A stretch of DNA of 64,000 nucleotides from Eledone cirrhosa (Eukaryota), in assembly GCA_964016885.1 (NCBI GenBank), contig OZ024764.1, positions 2,480,001-2,544,000 on the forward strand. The letters are read 5' to 3'. The translations under genes and the position numbers were made by a program. Positions 52,003 through 63,632 of this stretch are shown here, piece by piece; position 1 is the first letter of the stretch; each line of letters begins with the position of its first letter. Below the pieces are notes generated by a model that was not told where the DNA came from, did no database searches, and worked only from the letters and a program-made list of their open reading frames with translations.

Positions 52003-52927
52003 GTTCACTGAGGTATATCTATAAACATGCATTTTCACTGAGGCGTGAAAGTTTTACTCTCGTCACTGGTTCCAGCCATTAGACTCTGGCCATGCTACAG
52101 CACCAATCGTTATATTTTTAAAATATTTATTTATTCAAAATGTTGAGGCTGTGACAGAAAGTCCTGTAATGTTCACTGGAGCATGAGATCTAGTTACTTA
52201 GGTATTGACCAATTCAAGCGTGACAACAGCAATGTGGGTGCAGGTGACTTTGTTTCTTTGCCATGTCACTGAAGCGTGACTAGTAGTAGTACTGTTTACT
52301 GAGCAATGACAGCTATGATGTGAGTTCACTGTGGCGTGATGGAGTTGCGATCAACGAAGCATGACACTTGTGATTTCTGTTGTAAATACATTATTCACTG
52401 AAGTATGATGCCTTCTTGTCATTTCTGTTGGAAGTGGTGAGTATTTTAGTGGACCATGACAGCAATGTGTTCGCTGTTGCGTGACACAGGAAGTGGTGGT
52501 GGTGTATTCAGTGGAGTGTTATAGAGTGTGTCCAGTGAGCCATGGCATTAAGCAGATCTGATTTCCATTCAAGGTAGTGTGTTCAGTGATGCATGAACTA
52601 AAACAGCAGTGAGTTCACTATAAGTAATGGAGTGTTCGATGGAGCATGGCGGTAGTGTGCCCAATGGCGCATGGCACACATGGTTTTTGTTGGAAGCAGT
52701 ATAAATCAGTGATGCATGACAGCAGTAAGTTGTTGTGTTCAATGAACCGTGATTGATTTGCACAGGATTTCCATTGGATGTGGTGTGTCCAGTGATGCAT
52801 GACAGTGTGTTGACCTTGTGTAGTGATGTGTTCAGCGGAGCATGACAGAATAATGTTGAATGTGGTGTGACTGTAACTTTTCTGTGTTCACTGAAGCATG
52901 ACAGCAGTATGTCCAATGAAGCATGTC
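52003..52927 (+). promoter_or_regulatory. Homotypic cluster of about 20 co-oriented motifs GTTCANTGRAGCRTGACA resembling Pax paired-domain sites
   Basis: Examples: TGTCACTGAAGCGTGAC (52264), TTTCACTGAGGCGTGAA (52033), GTTCACTGGAGCATGAG (52171), GTTCAGTGATGCATGAA (52581), GTTCACTGAAGCATGACA (52886). Spacers are unrelated to each other. Function is inferred. Confidence 0.5.
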
Positions 52928-53274
52928 TCTTGTGATATATGATTTCTGTGTTGGTTTGTAGGAAGTTTTGTGGGTGTTTTAATGTTAGGGACCCCAGTTC
53001 TATAATGTTACAGCTGACACCTATGTAGGTTTAGCTGGCCTCCTACAAGGTTGTATCTAATAGGAGGTTTCTTGGGTGTTTTAATGATAGGGCCCCCAGT
53101 CTGATGTTGTTAGGTTTAGCTGGCCTCCTACAAGGTTGTATCACAAAGGAGGCTTCTTGTGTGTTATAACGATAGGGTTCCCAATCCTATCATGTTGCTG
53201 TTGATATACCTCACACCTAAATAGGTTTAGCTGGTCTCCCACAAGCCTCATATCACAGGAAGTTTGGGTGTTTT

Positions 53275-53550
53275 CACCCTTTAGCATTTAAATCGCCATA
53301 TCTGGCCAGAATTTTTTCACCTCTTTCTGTTCAAACCGGCTGTAAAAAACTGTTCATACTGATGTTAAGGTATTGTTCTCAAAGTAAATAATATCAAAAT
53401 CTCATAGATTCAATATTATGTGAGGTAAAGCCTTTACTGTGAAAATACAATAGTATATATAGCGTAATGTAAATGTTATGTGAGGTATTATGTGGGATAA
53501 AGCCTTTACTGTGAAAATATAATACAATTGTATATATAATGTAAATGCTA
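53275..53550 (+). mobile_element. Short piggyBac-like MITE copy with about 2 satellite units
   Basis: CACCCTTTAGCATTTA end, same leader as 44533, two 72-bp-type units ending TAAATGCTA. Confidence 0.72.
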
Positions 53551-53815
53551 TGTGAAGTGAAGTGTCTTGTTCAAGAACACAATGCATCACCTTGTCGGTG
53601 AATCTAACTTCCAAAACCTTATGATGATGGGTTCAACAGTCCTACTCTACCGACAGGCTCCCACATCTTTACCAGATGAAGGGACACAGCTTCACAAGGT
53701 AGGTAGGGTATGAAGAGAGAACGAGTCTAAAAATGCTACCACTGAGGTCAGAAGGGGTCAGAGGTCAGGATGTGAGAGGCGAGATGAAAAAAAAAAAACT
53801 ATTTCAACGGGAAAG

Positions 53816-53944
53816 CTATAGCTTCTTATCCAGGAGCACGTATCCTTCTCTGTCCTTTATGCGTACGTGGCCGTTGGCGAACTTTGTCTCCTGGCGGCCA
53901 TCGGGGAAGATAGTCTTACGGGTGCCATCAGGGTACTCTCGTCT
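53816..53944 (-). CDS. CENPJ: Centromere protein J (CPAP/SAS-4), terminal exon
   Basis: RREYPDGTRKTIFPDGRQETKFANGHVRIKDREGYVLLDKKL*; acceptor CTCCCAG; matches the Tcp10/G-box C-terminus. Confidence 0.93.
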   Translation of the reverse strand, partial: RREYPDGTRKTIFPDGRQETKFANGHVRIKDREGYVLLDKKL

Positions 53945-54087
53945 CTGGGAGGAAGAAAAAGACAGAAAATTAGAGGAAAATATATAAAATATATTTTTGA
54001 TATTTTGCTTTTTTTCACCGTAATATAAGACAGAATATTTCTTTTTCTTTGGTTGTGTCAACTGCACAACACCCTCTCTAGCATTCT

Positions 54088-55035
54088 GTAGTGTGGTGGT
54101 GGTGATGTAGTGGTGGTGGTGGTGTTGGTGGTGTAGTGGTGGCAGTGGTGGCGGTGGTGGTAGTGGTAGTGGTGTTGGTGGTGGTGGTGTAGTGGTGGCA
54201 GTGGTGGTGGTGGTAGTAGTAGCGGTGGTGGTGGCAGTGGTGGTGGTGGTGTAGTGGTGGCAGTGGTGGTGGTGGTGTAGTGGTGGCAGTGGTGGTGGTG
54301 GTGGCAATGGTGTTGGTATTGGTGGTAGTGGTGTTGGTGGTGGTGTTGGTGGTGGTGGCAGTGGTGGTGGTGTTGCTGGTGGTGGTGATGTAGTGGTAGC
54401 AGTGGTGGTGGTGGTGGTGGTATTGGTGGTGGTGTAGTGGTGGCAGTGGTGATGGTGGTGTAGTGGTGGTAGTGGTGTTGGTGGTGGCAGTGGTGTTGGT
54501 GGTGTAGTGGTGGTGGTGGTAGTGGCAGTGGTGTTGGTGGTGTAGTGGTGGCAGTGGTGGTAATGGCGGTGTAGTGGTAGCGGTGGTGGTGGTGGTGTAG
54601 TGGTGGTGTTGGTGGTGGTAGCAGAGGTGGAGGAGGTATTGGTGGTAGTGGTGGTGGTAGTAGTAGAGGTAGTAGAGGTGGTGGTAGTGGTGGTAGTAGT
54701 GGTGGTGGTGGTAGTAGTGGTGGCAGTGGTAGTAGAGGTGGTAGCAGTGGTGGTGGTAGCAGTGGTGGTGGTGGTAGTAGTGGTGGCAGTGGTAGTAGAG
54801 GTGGTAGCAGTGGTGGTGGTAGCAGTGGTGGTAGACATGGTAATAGTGGTGGTAGTGGTGGTGGTAGTAGAGGTGGTGGTAGTGGTAGCGCTGGTGGTGG
54901 TAGTGGTAGCGGTGGTGGTGTTGGTGTTGGTGGTGTAGTGATGGTGGCAGTGGTGGTGGTGTAGTGGCAGTGGTAGCAGTAGAGGTGGTAGCAGTGGTGG
55001 TAGACATGGTAATGGTGGTGGTAGAGGTGGTGGTG
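54088..55035. repeat. (GGT/AGT)n low-complexity tract in the last CENPJ intron
   Basis: Direct reading. Confidence 0.95.
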
Positions 55036-55059
55036 TTAATGGTGTTGTTTAAAACCTAC

Positions 55060-55255
55060 CTTAAAGCGGTCAGTGTGTATTTCTCGTTGACCGTTGGGGA
55101 AGATCAAAGTCCGTACCCCATTAACCTCCACCTTAATCACCGTTCCATCCAGGCAATGGCTTTCCTCTGATCCATCTTCATGGAGGTACTTGATTGTTTG
55201 GTCAGGGAACGTGATCTCTTGGCTGCCATTAGGGAAATGTTTCTCTACTTGGCCC
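55060..55255 (-). CDS. CENPJ: CENPJ exon (Tcp10 domain)
   Basis: GQVEKHFPNGSQEITFPDQTIKYLHEDGSEESHCLDGTVIKVEVNGVRTLIFPNGQREIHTDRFK; TTTAG/GTAGGT; phases consistent. Confidence 0.94.
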
Positions 55256-55524
55256 CTAAAACAACAGAAAATAGATATTTGTGGGGGCAGGAAATTCCAG
55301 TTTTTTAATTTAACCCACAAAAACCACGGCAGTGATGTTCAGGCTCCAGTGTCAAGTGATGGCATTATACAAAAACAAGTTGTAGCCATCAGCTTCGTAC
55401 GGACATATAACACACATACACACACACGTATATACCCATACACACACATATAGCTCTATATACAAAACGTTTTTTTTCCCCTTTCAGGTAGACGCACTCC
55501 ATCATCCTCTCTTCTAAAGAGACG

Positions 55525-56185
55525 CCCTGCTGGACAGGAAGGCAGTCCATCACAGGGTTAAACCCCCAGCTATTACTGGTACTTATCCTGGTTTCATGGC
55601 CTGAAGCGACTGAGAGTACAAGACTTCCTCCTAGACAGGACACCAGTCCATCACAGGGTTAAACGCCCAGCTATTACTGGTACTTATCCTGGTTTCATGG
55701 CCTGAAGCGACTGAGAGTACAAGACTCCCTGCTGGACAGGACACCAGTTCATCACAGAGTTAAACCCCCAGCTATTACTGGTACTTATCCTGGTTTCATG
55801 GCCTGAAGCAACTGAGAGTACAAGACTCCCTCCTAGACAGGACACCAGTCCATCACAGAGTTAAACCCCCAGCTATTACTGGTACTTATCCCGGTTTCAT
55901 GGCGTGAAGTGACTGAGAGTACAAGACTTCCTCCTAGACAGGACACCAGTCCATCACAGAGTTAAACCCCCAGCTATTACTGGTACTTATCCCGGTTTCA
56001 TGGCGTGAAGTGACTGAGAGTACAAGACTTCCTCCTAGACAGGTCACCAGTCCATCACAGGGTTAAACCCCCAGCTATTACTGGTACTCATTTTCAGCTG
56101 AGTATACTGGAGCAATGTGAAATGAAATGTTTCACCCAAGAACACAACACACAACCCAGGAATCGAACCCACGACATTATGATCG
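55525..56185. repeat. 101-bp tandem repeat (about 5.5 copies) running into a minus-strand SINE-like head
   Basis: Unit CAGTCCATCACAGGGTTAAACCCCCAGCTATTACTGGTAC...AGACAGGACAC; ends in CAGCTGAGTATACTGGAGCAATGTGAAAT...GGAATCGAACC. Confidence 0.85.
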
Positions 56186-56345
56186 TAACCTACCCTATGG
56201 TAACCTACCCTACAGTAACCTACCCTATCGTAACCTACCCTATGGTAACCTATCCTATGGTAACCTATCCTATGGTAACCTACCCTACGGTAACCTACCC
56301 TAAGGTAACCTACGCTACAGTATCCTACCCTACAGTAACCTACAC
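56185..56345. repeat. 15-bp minisatellite
   Basis: Unit GTAACCTACCCTATG, about 11 copies. Confidence 0.9.
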
Positions 56346-56813
56346 TATAAGCTACAGCAAGACATTAATATTACTATAATCTCTAAGTTAGACTTAACAA
56401 ATATGAGATTCAGTAGAAATAAATGTGGTGGGTTGCTAGAGTTATGGTAAGTGGTGTACAACGAGTGTTAGGCAGGCAGTTTCACTGTTTACCCCTCAGT
56501 GGTAAAGGTTCACATTTTATATTTGGTGGACAAGTCGACCCCTGGATTTGGAGAGAGATTTTTAGGCTCCAAATGTCGACTTGTACGCCGGCATATACGA
56601 TGAGTCAAAATATTTCAAGCATTATCAACTTATATGTGTGTGTAAGTATATATAAATCTGTATGAGCAAGGCCCAGTCTCTAATCTGGCTTGTCTCACAA
56701 TCCGACAACTCGTCTAACCCATGCTAGCAAGGAAAAATGGACGTTAAACGATGATGATGATGTATGTATATGTATGCAGTGTGTGTGACGCAACAAGTAG
56801 GATAGATTCTTAC

Positions 56814-56887
56814 GTGGGGAACTCCAACACCTCCAATCCATCAGGGTGGGTGGTCACCGTTGTTTCTGATTCAGCATAGAAGTAGAT
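56814..56887 (-). CDS. CENPJ: CENPJ exon (74 bp)
   Basis: IYFYAESETTVTTHPDGLEVLEFP(T), compare human [35 protein letters not shown]. Confidence 0.92.
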
Positions 56888-57213
56888 CTGTGAAGGGAGA
56901 GAGAGTCAGGCAGAGAGTGTAGGTGAGAGAGAGAGGTAACTTAACAAAGGTTCTTACATAAAATTATGAGGGAAGGTTTTTAGATAAATATAAACACTTT
57001 AACCCTTTCATTACCATATTTCTAATGAAAGACACTGTTGGTGTTTGGAACATAACTTAACAAAGGTTCTTACATAAAATTATGATGGAAAGTTTTTAGA
57101 TAAATATAAACACTTTAACCCTTTCATTACCATATTTCTAATGAAAGACACTGTTGGTGTTTGGAACATAACTTAACAAAGGTTCTTACATAAAATTATG
57201 AGGGAAGGTTTTT

Positions 57214-57485
57214 CATCATCATCATCATCATCACCGTTTTACGTCCGTTCTTCCACGCTAGCATGGGTTAGACGGGTTGTCCTGTTGTGGGCAGTGTCTG
57301 GTCGGCTGACCATGCCTTGCTCATACAGGAACTGATCTGGCTTGATTTCTACAGCTGGATGCCCTTCCTAACACCAACCTCATTTACAGTGAGTGCTGGG
57401 TGCTTTTTCGTGGCGCCTACACGTCCACTTTACAGTGTGGGCTGGGTGCTTTTTTGCCGTGGCACCTCCACGACCACCTTGCGGT
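57214..57485 (-). mobile_element. SINE 3' body and (ATG)n tail fused to the RTE copy
   Basis: Same 3' sequence as 16860-17073. Confidence 0.8.
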
Positions 57486-57502
57486 GGGGGGGGGGCATAT
57501 TG

Positions 57503-58637
57503 TTTATATGCTTCAGCATGTACCCATGGGAGGTCGGGTACCCTGTATTACTGCGTGACGCCAGAAGTCACGGTCGTGTGTCATTGACTTTGAGAGGTGT
57601 AGTTGGGTAAGGTCGGCTCTTATCACCTCATCCCAAGTCATCTTGGGTCTCCCCACTCCGCGGTTTCCATCAACTTCTAGTGCTCTGCACCTTTTTATGC
57701 AGCTGTCATCCTTCATACGCATCACATGTCCATACCAGCGTAACCGCCTCTCCTGCACGCAGCATTTGATTCCTCTTATGCTCAGTCTCTCTCTCAATTC
57801 ATTTATGCTTTGTCGTTCACGTATATTACTGTTACACATCCATCGGAGCATGCAGGCTTCGTTTCTCTCTAATCTACGTAAGTCTTCCACCTTCAGCGCC
57901 CAGGTCTCACTACCATGCAACATCGCTGTTCGGATACACGCATCATACAGTCTGCCTTTCATTCTGAGGGAGAAGCCTTTTGCAGCTAGCAGTGGTAGTA
58001 GTTCCCTAAACTTCTTCCATCCCGTTCTTACCCTAGTTATTGTACTTTCTGAGCACCCACCTCCGTTGCTAATTCGGTCACCTAGGTAGCAGAAGCTGTC
58101 TACTGTTTCTACAGGGCCCTCCCAGAGATTGGTGGTACTTGTTTCCTGTGGCTGTTTGCTTGCTGTTTCAGCACAGCTGCTGCATGTGAATCCTACATTC
58201 TTAATTAAGCTTCCTGAGATCCCGCTACATCTCTTGTGTACCCATTGTTTGCATTTGGGGCAAAGAATGGAGTTCCTACCTACACCTTTCCTACATACTG
58301 AGCAAGGCCATTTCCCTGAGGGGATCTGGGTTCTGTTTTCTCGTCTACTTATAAGGACCTTAGTCTTTGTCATGTTGACTTTGAGACCCTTTCTCTCTAG
58401 TCCCTGCTTCCAGGTTTGGAATTTATTCTCTAGTTCTACCATAGATTCAGCTATGAGTGCGAGGTCATCAGCATACAGGAGTTCCCATGGGCATCCGGTC
58501 TTAAACTCCTCCGTTATTGCCTGCAGGACTATGATGAACAGGAGAGGGCTAAGAACAGAGCCCTGGTGGACCCCAACCTGTACGCTAAATTCCTCGCTAT
58601 ACTCATTGCCAATCCTAACTTTGCTGACTGCTCCTCT
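57503..58637 (-). mobile_element. RTE-clade LINE, 5'-truncated, open RT frame
   Basis: GVHQGSVLSPLLFI, CPWELLYADDLALI, then a near-identical match to the 23354 copy. Confidence 0.93.
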
Positions 58638-58857
58638 TTTTAGATAAATATAAACACTTTAACCCTTTCATTACCATATTTCTAATGAAAGACACTGTTG
58701 GTGTTTGGAATATAACTTAACAAAGGTTCTTACATAAAATTATGATGGAACGTTTTTAGATAAATATAAACACTTTAACCCTTTCATTACCATATTTCTA
58801 ATGGAAGACACTGTTGGTGTTTGGAACATAACTTAACAAAGGTTCTTACATAAAATT

Positions 58858-59046
58858 CTAATTGTTTCTACTTTAGGCACAAGGCCAGCAATTACCCAGT
58901 GCATTACTGGTACTTTATTTTATCGACCCCGTAAGGATGAAAGGCAAAGTTAACCTCGGCGGGATTTGAACTCAGATCGTAAAGGGACGTAACTATGCTG
59001 GAAAGCATGGCGTCCGACCCTCTACTGATACTGCCAATCCACCGCC
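58858..59046 (-). mobile_element. SINE family 2, full length, with 13-bp TSD
   Basis: Flanked by CTTACATAAAATT at 58845-58857 and 59047-59059. Confidence 0.88.
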
Positions 59047-59281
59047 CTTACATAAAATTATAATGGAAGGTTCTTAGATAAATATAAACACTTTAACCCT
59101 TTCATTACCATATTTCTAATGTAAGACACTGTTGGTGTTTGGAACATAACTTAACAAAGGTTCTTATATAAAATTATAATGGAAGGTTCTTAGATAAATA
59201 TAAACACATTAACTCTTTTGTTATGAGGGGTGGTTTGAGAGAGTTTGGTATGGAACAGGGATAAAATAGATAAACACCTAC

Positions 59282-59422
59282 CACTGTTTGGTCGGCTGTA
59301 ATCTGCTTGATGTCACCATTGAAAAAATGTAGAGCGATGTGTTTACCACTGGCGGACATCTGTTTCTTGGTGCCGTTGGAGAATAACAGCTCTCGGGCAC
59401 CATTTTCATAAACTTTCTCTGT
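59282..59422 (-). CDS. CENPJ: CENPJ exon (141 bp)
   Basis: TEKVYENGARELLFSNGTKKQMSASGKHIALHFFNGDIKQITADQTV; TTCCAG/GTAGGT. Confidence 0.93.
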
Positions 59423-59888
59423 CTGGAATTACGGTGGATTGTAGAGAAGGGAAAAGAAATATATGTAGTCATCAGGTCAACTTTGTCTTTCATACTTTCA
59501 GGGGTCAATAAAAAGAGTTCCAGTCAAGTCTAGTACTAGTGAAGGCACATGGCTTAGTGGTTAGAGCATTGGGCTTGGAATCGAAAGGTTGTAAGTTCAA
59601 TTCTCAGACCGGGTGATGTGTTGTTTCCTTGAGCAAGACACTTTATTTCACATTGCTCCAGTTTACTCAGCTGTAGAAATGAGATGATACGACTGGGGTC
59701 CCTATCATTAAATTACCCAAGACACCTCCAACGAGATATACCTTGGAGGAGGCCAGCTAAACCTGCAGAGGTGTGAGCTGTCACACACACAGTACTGGGG
59801 TCGATTCTTCCTCGATATCTTTTTCTCACTTCTCTCACCTTCTCTCAAAGAAATAAACTCTGTTCAGGAGTTACAGAAATATATATAA

Positions 59889-60527
59889 CATCATCATCAT
59901 CACTGTTTCACATCCGTTCTTCCACTCTAGCATGGGTTAGACGGGTTGTCCTGTTGTGGGCAGTGTCCGGTCGGCTGACCTTGTCTTGCTCATACAGGAA
60001 CTGATTCTGGCTTGATGTCTACAGCTGGATGCCCTTCCTAACACCAACCTCATTTACAGTGAGTGCTGGGTGCTTTTTTAGCCGTGGCACCTCCACGACC
60101 ACTTTACAGTGGAATGATAGGGACCCCAGTCCCTGTCATCTCATTTCTACAGCTGAGTAAACTGGAGCAATGTGAAATAAAGTGTCTTGCTCAAGGAAAC
60201 AACACATCACCCGGTCCGAGAATTGAACTCACAACCTTTCGATTGCAAGCCCAAGCTCTAACCACTAAGCCATGTGCCTTCACAATATATGTGAGTGTGT
60301 GTGTGCATATATATATATCATTTCATTTTACGTCCGCTTTTCCCTGCTTGCAAGGATGGGACGGGAACTGATTCTGGCTTGATTTCTACAGCTGGATGCC
60401 CTTCCTAACACCAACCTCATTTACAGTGAGTGCTGGGTGCTTTTTTGCCGTGGCACCTCCACGACCACTTTACAGTGGAATGATATGGACCCCAGTCCCT
60501 ATCATCTCATTTCTACAGCTGAGTAAA

Positions 60528-60530
<3 letters not shown>
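59889..60530 (-). mobile_element. Two SINE family 1 copies (59889-60282 near full length; 60318-60530 partial)
   Basis: Same head and body as 24328; the two copies have different 3' tails. A + strand head fragment lies at 59541-59708. Confidence 0.8.
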
Positions 60531-60576
<46 letters not shown>

Positions 60577-60892
60577 TTATCTTGGTGCCACAACATCCAG
60601 TCCGAAACAAATGAGGTCGTGTAGGTGTCACGACAATAAAACACACAGTCCACGCTGTAATGTGGCCGTGTAGGCAACACGGTAAAAACCTCCCAGCCCC
60701 ACACTGTAAATGTGGTTGGTGTTAGGAAGGGCATCCAGCTGTAGAAAACCCGCCAGACAGTCCTATGCGAGCAAGACAACCACTCTTGCCTCAAGTAGGA
60801 AAACTCCCGTCCAAACCCATGCAAGCGTCTTAAACGATGATGATGATGATATATATACACACACACATATGTATATATATATATATATACAT

Positions 60893-61050
60893 AAGACCAT
60901 GAAAAATATGGGCGGAGGTGGTGGGAGCAGACCTCAGATCACTGAAGCTCACGGAGGAGATGATGAAGGACTGTGACAAGTGGAGAGATGCTGTGCTGGA
61001 TAGGACCTGTCCCACCCTTGCAAGCAGGGAAAAGTGGATGTAAAATGATG
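60893..61050 (+). mobile_element. RTE LINE 3' end fragment (second subfamily)
   Basis: Matches 32520-32678. Confidence 0.75.
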
Positions 61051-61381
61051 ACGGTACAAATTCATATACACATACATACATTTACATACATATAATCACA
61101 TATACATATATACTCGCAAACACATATACATATATATACACATCGATACATATATAGACATACATACACACACACACACATATAAACACACACACACACA
61201 CATAAACACACACATATAAACACACACACACACACATAAACACACACACACACACACACATATAAACACACACACACACACACACACACATATAAACACA
61301 CACACACACACATATAAACACACACACACACACACACATACAAACACACACACACACATATAAACACACACACACATATAA

Positions 61382-61428
<47 letters not shown>

Positions 61429-61555
61429 GTGTCCCGGTTATTCACTGAATTTTCCTCAGAACCTAACTAATAATTGTTCGTAGAAACCACCGAATATTCG
61501 CAGAATTGTAAATATCTTTGGCAATTTATTTGATGGATTTTTTCATGGCAACATA

Positions 61556-62413
61556 TACGAGGTGTGTTAGAAAAGTGCCAGGACTGATGTCACAAAAGAT
61601 TTATTTGAAACCCAAACTTCACACTAAGAGTTTTCTCCTTCAAAGTAATCCCCCTGGAGTCTAATGCACTTTTCCATCCATTTCTGCCATGCTTGCATGC
61701 ACTGCTGGAAGGATTCTTCCCCGATACTCCGCAGTTCCGTCGTCACGGCCTTTTTGATGTCGTCCATGTCTTCAAAACGGGTCCCCTCCGGTTCGTACTC
61801 GAAGATCCATGACTCATCACCGGTGATGACTGTCCCTAGCAAGTCTGGTTCGGTTTCAAGACGCTCGAGGATGTCCTGGCACACTTGCAAGCGTCGACCC
61901 TTCTGGCCATCGTTCAGCAGTTTTGGCACCATCTTCGTGCAGACTTTCCGCATGTCCAAATCTTCAGTGAGAATCTTCCAGACACTGTCCCGATTCATGC
62001 CCAGCTCATTTGCCATCAGTCGAAGTCAGCCGACGATCGCTACGCACCATCTGCCTGACGCGCTCAACGTTGACCTCAGTCCTTGTTGTTGAGGGCCTTC
62101 CGCTCCTGGGGTCATCTTGCACCACTCAAAAACACGTGAGCGTGACATCGTCTCATCTCCATACACTTGCTGCACCAATCTCAGTGCTTCTGACGGAGTT
62201 TTCCCCAACCGTACCAGAAACTTCAAGTTTGTTCGTTGCTCTGTGCTCATTGCTTGACGACCTGGAACAGAGGACATGTATATAAAATTATGAAGAAAAA
62301 AGTTTGATCGCTGCAGAGAGCCAAGATTACAGTTACATACTCCAGGGGGATTTCTTCGAAGGAGAAAACTCTTAGTTTGGGTTTGAAATAAATCTTTTCT
62401 GACACACCTCGTA
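61556..62413 (-). mobile_element. Tc1/mariner transposon, internally deleted
   Basis: Termini TACGAGGTGTGTTAGAAAAG / CTTTTCTGACACACCTCGTA in TA context; EQRTNLKFLVRLGKT, MSRSRVFEW, KMVPKLL, VITGDESW, and C-terminal CIRLQGDYFE. Confidence 0.92.
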
Positions 62414-62591
62414 TATTTAACACTAAATTATCAACAACAATATACCGTATTTGCTGGCCTATTGGACGCCCCTTCGTATAAGACTCTCCCTCTTTTTTTA
62501 TTATATTTTACGTTATATTTTGACATTTATAGGCATTTTTATGGACCACATCCAATACTAGCAGTTTTTTCACTCTTTGCAGGTGTTCTAG

Positions 62592-63102
62592 GCAAATACC
62601 GGGGGACAACTGTGTATCTTGCAAATACCCTGCAAATACCAGGGGACAACTGTGTATCTTGCAAATACCCTGCAAACACCGGGGGACAACTGTGTATCTT
62701 GCAATTACCCTGCAAATACCAGGGGACAACTGTGTATCTTGCAATTACCCTGCAAATACCAGGGGACAACTGTGTATCTTGCAATTACCCTGCAAATACC
62801 AGGGGACAACTGTGTATCTTGCAAATACCCTGCAAACACCGGGGGACAACTGTGTATCTTGCAATTACCCTGCAAATACCAGGGGACAACTGTGTATCTT
62901 GCAAATACCCTGCAAATACCGGGGGACAACTGTGTATCTTGCAATTACCCTGCAAATACCGGGGGACAACTGTGTATCTTGCAATTACCCTGCAAATACC
63001 AGGGGACAACTGTGTATCTTGCAAATACCCTGCAAACACCGGGGGACAACTGTGTATCTTGCAAATACCCTGCAAATACCGGGGGACAACTGTGTATCTT
63101 GC
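62592..63102. repeat. 40-bp tandem repeat, about 13 copies
   Basis: Unit GCAAATACCCTGCAAATACCAGGGGACAACTGTGTATCTT. Confidence 0.95.
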
Positions 63103-63125
63103 TTCAGACAAACATGAACCCTCAC

Positions 63126-63333
63126 CTTTCCATCAGAATGTTGGATTTCTTCCAAGACATTCCCTTGAACAATCCCAGAATGCTTCAGGGTTTTGTTGCT
63201 GCTGCTGCTGTTGGTGGCAAGGTTGTTGTTAGTGGTGGTGGTGGCCTTCATCCTTACCTTCCCCTTCTCCGCAGCACCTCTGCCTCTCCCTTGGTCTTCC
63301 TGGGTCGAATGGGTTTGGGATGAGGCAGCCAAC
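63126..63333 (-). CDS. CENPJ: CENPJ exon leading into the Tcp10 domain (gene continues off the right edge)
   Basis: LAASSQ...GNVLEEIQHSDGK, compare human EISHPDGK|VEKVY; CTGACAG/GTGAGG; phase-0 join to the 59422 exon. Confidence 0.82.
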
Positions 63334-63632
63334 CTGTCAGATAAAAGGGGACATTGGGTATGAGTGAGGGAGAGAGAGAGGAGAGAAAGTGTGTGAAGGG
63401 GAGAGAGAGAGAGAGAGATGACAAGCTGACTTTGGTGGTGAAGGAACATAACTTAACAAAGGTTCTTACATAAAATTATGATGGAAGGTTTTTAGATAAA
63501 TATAAACACTTTAACCCTTTCATTACCATATTTCTAATGAAAGACACTGTTGGTGTTTGGAACATAACTTAACAAAGGTTCTTACATAAAACTATGTTAG
63601 AAAGTTTTTAGATAAATATAAACACTTTCTAT

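Larger units (their letters stand above)
56937..59215. repeat. 116-bp intronic tandem repeat interrupted by two retro-insertions
   Basis: Unit TTAACAAAGGTTCTTACATAAAATT...TTAACCCTTTCATTACCATATTTCTAATG...GGAACATAAC; also at 63445-63628. Confidence 0.85.

Noticed and set aside
52003-52927. CRISPR array or miR-281 sponge interpretation of the motif cluster
   Set aside because: Eukaryotic context, degenerate repeats, irregular spacers and no cas genes. CATGACA seed matches occur in only some copies and do not explain the conserved TTCANTG half.
53945-55007. Thr/Pro/His-rich extension in frame with the last CENPJ exon
   Set aside because: A canonical acceptor at 53945 and donor at 55059 give a homology-consistent FK|RREYP join; the tract is intronic.
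56185-56345. Interstitial telomeric repeat
   Set aside because: The period is 15 bp, not (TTAGGG)n or (TTAGG)n.
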